DNA from: a virus
Taxonomy: Duplodnaviria; Heunggongvirae; Uroviricota; Caudoviricetes
Virus record (IMG/VR): IMGVR_UViG_2872185964_000012
Reading direction: 5' to 3' (one strand)
Length of the DNA: 2,691 nucleotides
A program made the position numbers and the translations under genes. Within the stretch, counting starts at the first letter, position 1; each line of letters opens with the position of its first letter. This document shows positions 1 through 2,691 of the stretch, one piece after another. The notes under the pieces were generated by a model. That model did not search any database and was not told the DNA's origin. It saw nothing but the letters and a program-made list of their open reading frames with translations.

Positions 1-12
1 CTGTACTCCAAT

Positions 13-31
13 GACTAGTCTAAAAACTAGT
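13..31. repeat. Palindrome GACTAGTC (13-20) overlapping a direct repeat of the palindromic hexamer ACTAGT (14-19 and 26-31)
   Basis: Read directly from the sequence. Together with feature 40-59 this gives three dyad elements within 60 bp. Confidence 0.3.
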
Positions 32-39
32 ATTAAGAC

Positions 40-59
40 TATCACTTATTTAAGTGATA
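40..59. repeat. 20-bp inverted repeat TATCACTTA-TT-TAAGTGATA (9-bp arms, 2-bp spacer); candidate protein-binding site, function unknown
   Basis: Read directly: 40-48 TATCACTTA is the reverse complement of 51-59 TAAGTGATA. It lies in a 30% GC stretch upstream of the degenerate tfa. Confidence 0.4.
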
Positions 60-92
60 CTGGTTGTCTGGAGATTCTGGGGGCCAGTCTAG

Positions 93-635
93 TTGCATTT
101 AAAAAATATTACTGCGGGTAATCCGAAAACTGCGGAACAATACCAGATGACAAAAAAATATGATATTACCTAGCTTTTTTCGGAGGACGACAAAAACTGG
201 TATGAAGAACTGAAGAATTTCGCCAGCGACACAATTAAAATAGCTTACACCGGAGACGGGCGCGTGGTGTGGGTCGGTAAGGATGTGACAGGCATTGAAC
301 CCCGTAACGCCAGTGTTATTGAAGTTCCTGATATTACCGCCAACCGCCGCATTACCGCGCCGGGTTACTGGTTTTACCGCAATGATGAATTTGTCTTTGA
401 CTACAGACTCAAAGCGGAAGATGAGCGTGATGCCCTTCTGGCTCAGGTCAGAGCCCGGACAGGGGAATGGGAAGAAGACCTGCTGCTGGGGTTAATCAGC
501 GACGAAGATAAAGAAAAGCTGAAAGCCTGTCGTATTTACGCGAAATCGCTGCAGGCGATGGATTTCAGCACCATCACAGATAAAGCCACATATAACGCCA
601 TCAACTGGCCGGAGCGTCCCGATGCCGCAGCTTAA
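93..635 (+). pseudogene. tfa: Tail fibre assembly protein (Tfa, P2 G / Mu U / e14 TfaE-like), 5' end degenerate; only the C-terminal 123 codons (264-635) form an intact ORF
   Basis: Frame-3 translation from TTG 93 reads [42 protein letters not shown]...VIEVPDITANRR... This matches the conserved Tfa N-terminal signature as I recall it (MQHLKNI..NPKTKEQY..DGKNWYEE..VVEVPDIT.NRR). The codon before TTG is TAG (90-92) where homologues have ATG. An in-frame amber TAG sits at 171-173, at a position I recall as Trp in homologues. The frame is uninterrupted from 174 to the TAA at 633-635; the ORF track starts it at GTG 264. A G5 run (79-83) lies 9 nt upstream of TTG 93. Confidence 0.6.
611..614 (+). 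promoter_or_regulatory. Shine-Dalgarno (GGAG) for the side tail fibre gene
   Basis: GGAG at 611-614 lies 7 nt upstream of ATG 622, inside the 3' end of the upstream tfa (14-nt gene overlap). Confidence 0.5.
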
Positions 636-2025
636 AGGTGTGATTAAAACGCCCACGGGAGAACCGCTGGACGGCGCAACCATTACACTAACCTCCATAC
701 ACAACCGTGCAGGGATTCTGAAAAGTGTTTTCAGCCATGTCACCACACAGAACGGGAATATGACTTCCCCGTTCTGCCGGGTGTGTACAGCGTTCGCCTG
801 ACACAAAGCACACGGCGCCTTTCAGAAATCGGTGTCATCCGCGTTTATGAAGATTCAACGGACGGTTCGCTGAATGATTTTCTGGGCGCAACTAATATTG
901 ACCTGCGTCCGGAATCCCTGAAGAAATTCGAAGAGCTGGCGCAACAGGCGCAGCAGAGTGCCGGGAGCGCAGCCGGAAACGCACGGCAGACGGCGCAGGA
1001 TGTGACGGCAGCCGCAACGGCCCGTGATGATGCACAACGTTTTGCGGAGAAAGCCCGACAGGATGCAACCGTCACAGCTGAGAACAGAAAGGCCACTGCG
1101 GAAGATGTGACAAGCACAGGAGCAAATGCAGCCGCAGCCGGACAGAGCGCACAGGATGCCGCAGGTTATGCCCGCGCAGCAGAACAGGCCAAAAATGACA
1201 TTGATGCTGCGCTGACCGGCACTCTGAAAATGGCTAACCATCTGTCAGAAATCGCAGCAGCAGGCGAAAAGGCACAACAGAAGTCCCGGATAATCTGGGG
1301 CTGAAAAGTGCGGCCACGATGGAAGCACAGAGCGACATTTACGACCGGACAAAAGGCCGTCTGGCGATACCCGGCGCATTCGGCTTTGGGTGTGCTTTTC
1401 TGCCTGAAGATGTTATCCGTTTTGACACTAAGAGTGATTTCCTGGCCTGGGTAAGGAATGCGCTGCCAGGTGAATATTCCGTTGCTGGCCCTACGACATC
1501 ATCATACCCGACACACGGTTTGAAGGGGTGCTCAGCATCCGGTGGACTGATGCACGCCCTGAGACAACAGAACCGCGGTACAGAGCCAAATCCCTTACTT
1601 TTTACGGCATTAACGGCCCCATTTATCACACCCGCTACTGCTACTGGCCCATATCCAGACTGACTGGCTGGGTGAAAATAAATATAACCACAGAAGATAT
1701 TATTTACAGAATCGTGGCGAGCTCTGTCCGCAACAGATGGGGAGACCCTGACATTGGCGGGCTGATTATTGCTGCGTACCAGGGAGAAGCTGACGGTGAT
1801 AAAGTCATCAGACTTGTCAGGAGGCAGTCATACAGAGGCTCACGACTGGGACCGGTGGGGATCTCAGTGCCCAGTACTCCCACCGGAACGTATATAGCAT
1901 CCCCACAATTTTTCATTACGGGATGTTCAGAGCATTCATTACCGGGGTCATATTGCGCCCTGTCCGGGGTGCCGGATGCACATGTCTCTGGCGCAATGCC
2001 CGGGCTTTTTATTCGCACATCGTGA
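622..2025 (+). pseudogene. stf: Side tail fibre protein (lambda Stf-like), reading frame interrupted three times as sequenced (true pseudogene or single-base homopolymer miscalls)
   Basis: ATG 622 with GGAG RBS. Frame 1 (622-801) gives MPQLKGVIKTPTGEPLDGATITLTS..., resembling the lambda Stf N-terminus (MAVKISGVLKDGTGKPVQNCTIQLKA from memory). Frame 3 (open from 648; ORF 783-1304) gives ...YSVRL...IRVYEDSTDGSLNDFLGA..., matching lambda Stf ...YSVIL...ITVYEDSQPGTLNDFLGA, followed by an Ala/Gln/Thr-rich shaft. Frame 2 (open from 1238; ORF 1319-1663) gives PDNLGLKSAATMEAQSDIYDRTKGRLAIPGAFGFG... Frame 1 (open from 1474; ORF 1528-2025) continues to TGA 2023-2025. Each switch is a -1 shift, and each overlap interval (648-801, 1238-1304, 1474-1663) contains short G or C runs, e.g. 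GGG 754-756, CCC 1285-1287, CCC 1489-1491. Confidence 0.75.
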
Positions 2026-2041
2026 GGAATGCACCGTGTAA

Positions 2042-2599
2042 ATTAAAAAAATCATTAATCCCCGTTATACCGAAAGTGGCGCAGTAGACTGTGACGTTTT
2101 TTTTGACGACAGGGACCAGGCAGTCCCCTACACAGCCACCGCTGATGATGTCGCTCCGACGGGTCAGCAAATCTGGCAGGAACTGCAAAGCGGCAAATGG
2201 GGTGAGATAGCCCCATTCACTGTGACACCAGAAATGCTGGAAGCGGCCAGAGAGGCCAGACGTCAGGAAATTGAAGCATGGCGCGCAGAACAGGAGGCGA
2301 AGCCGTTCACGTTTGAATGGAACGGTCGTATCTGGAATGCTGGTCCCGACTCACTGGGCCGCCTGTCCCCGGTAGTCATGCTGGCAAAATCTGTCACAGC
2401 ACAAACACATATGGCGTGGAGCGATGCCGATAATCAGCAGGTGAAACTGTCGATGCCGGAACTGGAAGAACTGGCGGCAGCAATGGTGCAGGCGCAGGTC
2501 GATCGCAACGATGAGATTTATCGCCGTCAGCGTGAAATGAAAGAGGAGCTGAGCGGTCTGGATGATTTGGCTTCAATTCGGGCGTTTGACGTTGAGTAA
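2042..2599 (+). CDS. tfa: Tail fibre assembly protein (Tfa), second copy of a different family; start codon uncertain (ATT 2042, or GTG 2222 as in the ORF track)
   Basis: Frame 2 is open from just after TAA 2039-2041 to TAA 2597-2599 and reads IKKIINPRYTESGAVDCDVFFDDRDQAVPYTATADDVAPTGQQIWQELQSGKWGEIAPFTVTPEMLEAA...LSMPELEELAAAMVQAQVDRNDEIYRRQREMKEELSGLDDLASIRAFDVE. The position immediately 3' of the fibre gene, the size (~185 aa) and the composition fit a fibre chaperone. There is no ATG, GTG or TTG in frame between 2042 and 2221. GAGG at 2024-2027 is a possible SD. Confidence 0.7.
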   Translation: MKKIINPRYTESGAVDCDVFFDDRDQAVPYTATADDVAPTGQQIWQELQSGKWGEIAPFTVTPEMLEAAREARRQEIEAWRAEQEAKPFTFEWNGRIWNAGPDSLGRLSPVVMLAKSVTAQTHMAWSDADNQQVKLSMPELEELAAAMVQAQVDRNDEIYRRQREMKEELSGLDDLASIRAFDVE

Positions 2600-2691
2600 T
2601 GAATAAGCCGCAACTGGCGGAATCACAGAAGACCGCTTTGCTTACCGAAGCGGAGTCTGTCATCCGGCCGCGGGGCGTGCTGTCAGGCTGA
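2599..2691 (+). CDS. Hypothetical small ORF (30 codons visible), translationally coupled to tfa; product unknown
   Basis: ATG 2599-2601 overlaps the tfa stop (TAATG). It translates to MNKPQLAESQKTALLTEAESVIRPRGVLSG and ends with TGA at 2689-2691, exactly at the window edge. It is below the ORF-track length cutoff. No family recognised. Confidence 0.25.
   Translation: MNKPQLAESQKTALLTEAESVIRPRGVLSG

Noticed and set aside
1-16. Possible LexA (SOS) box starting at CTGT
   Set aside because: The required ACAG partner 8 nt downstream is absent (the sequence there is GACT).
40-75. Rho-independent terminator formed by the 20-bp dyad
   Set aside because: The stem would be AT-rich with a 2-4 nt loop and is not followed by a U-tract on either strand.
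2-121. Open frame 2 entering from the left edge, and a 37-codon ATG ORF at 11-121 (MTSLKTSIKTITYLSDTGCLEILGASLVAFKKYYCG)
   Set aside because: The stretch is AT-rich, palindromic and CTAG-rich, so the Thr/Ser/Lys-rich translation is probably a by-product of the ACTAGT repeats. It would overlap tfa by 29 nt. It could still be the 3' end of an upstream fibre gene, but I cannot support that from the sequence.
295-495. + strand ORF of 66 codons in an alternative frame
   Set aside because: Lies entirely within the Tfa coding frame, which carries the family-like translation. Overlapping out-of-frame ORF, likely spurious.
492-806. Reverse-strand ORF of 104 codons
   Set aside because: It is antisense to the 3' end of tfa and the 5' end of stf, both supported by family-like translations and an RBS. 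No start context or recognisable protein features; most likely a chance open frame.
845-1241. Two overlapping reverse-strand ORFs (845-1117 and 855-1241), Cys/Ala/Ser-rich
   Set aside because: They are antisense to the GC-rich Ala/Gln-codon shaft region of stf, which generically leaves antisense frames open. The translations are low-complexity and Cys-rich, typical of non-coding frames.
745-1500. Programmed -1 ribosomal frameshifting as the explanation for the stf frame changes
   Set aside because: None of the junctions shows an X-XXY-YYZ slippery heptamer. There are three events in one gene, and programmed frameshifting in tail modules is known for the tail assembly chaperone, not for fibre genes.
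1339-2018. Reverse-strand ORFs 1339-1629 and 1704-2018
   Set aside because: Antisense to the fibre gene; no supporting signals. Treated as spurious.
2394-2663. Reverse-strand ORF of 89 codons
   Set aside because: Antisense to the well-supported second tfa and to the coupled downstream ORF; Pro/Ala-rich translation typical of an antisense frame.
1-2691. Invertible tail-fibre segment (Gin/Cin/Pin type) or diversity-generating retroelement acting on the fibre
   Set aside because: All genes are on one strand with no inverted second fibre-tip and chaperone cassette. I found no gix/hix-like site (AAACC..GGTTT core). There is no invertase or reverse-transcriptase ORF and no obvious template/variable repeat pair within the window.
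1-2691. tRNA, rRNA, other ncRNA or CRISPR repeats
   Set aside because: No cloverleaf-compatible or rRNA-like segments recognised, and no regularly spaced direct repeats with spacers.

Overview
This window reads as part of a phage or prophage tail-fibre module of enterobacterial type, with every supportable gene on the + strand. It holds a tail-fibre-assembly (Tfa) chaperone gene with a degenerate 5' end (93-635), a lambda Stf-like side tail fibre gene (622-2025) that is split into four reading-frame segments by three -1 frame changes, a second Tfa gene of a different family (about 2042-2599) with no canonical start codon, and the first 30 codons of a translationally coupled downstream ORF (2599-2691). 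The first ~175 bp are compositionally odd: AT-rich, CTAG-rich and palindromic. I cannot support any complete defence system, RNA gene, CRISPR array, invertible segment or mobile-element terminus here. The points worth a second look are whether the fibre gene is truly broken or affected by homopolymer miscalls, the anomalous 5' segment, the start of the second Tfa, and the downstream ORF at a classical cargo position. All family assignments come from reading the translations against recalled family signatures, not from a database search.
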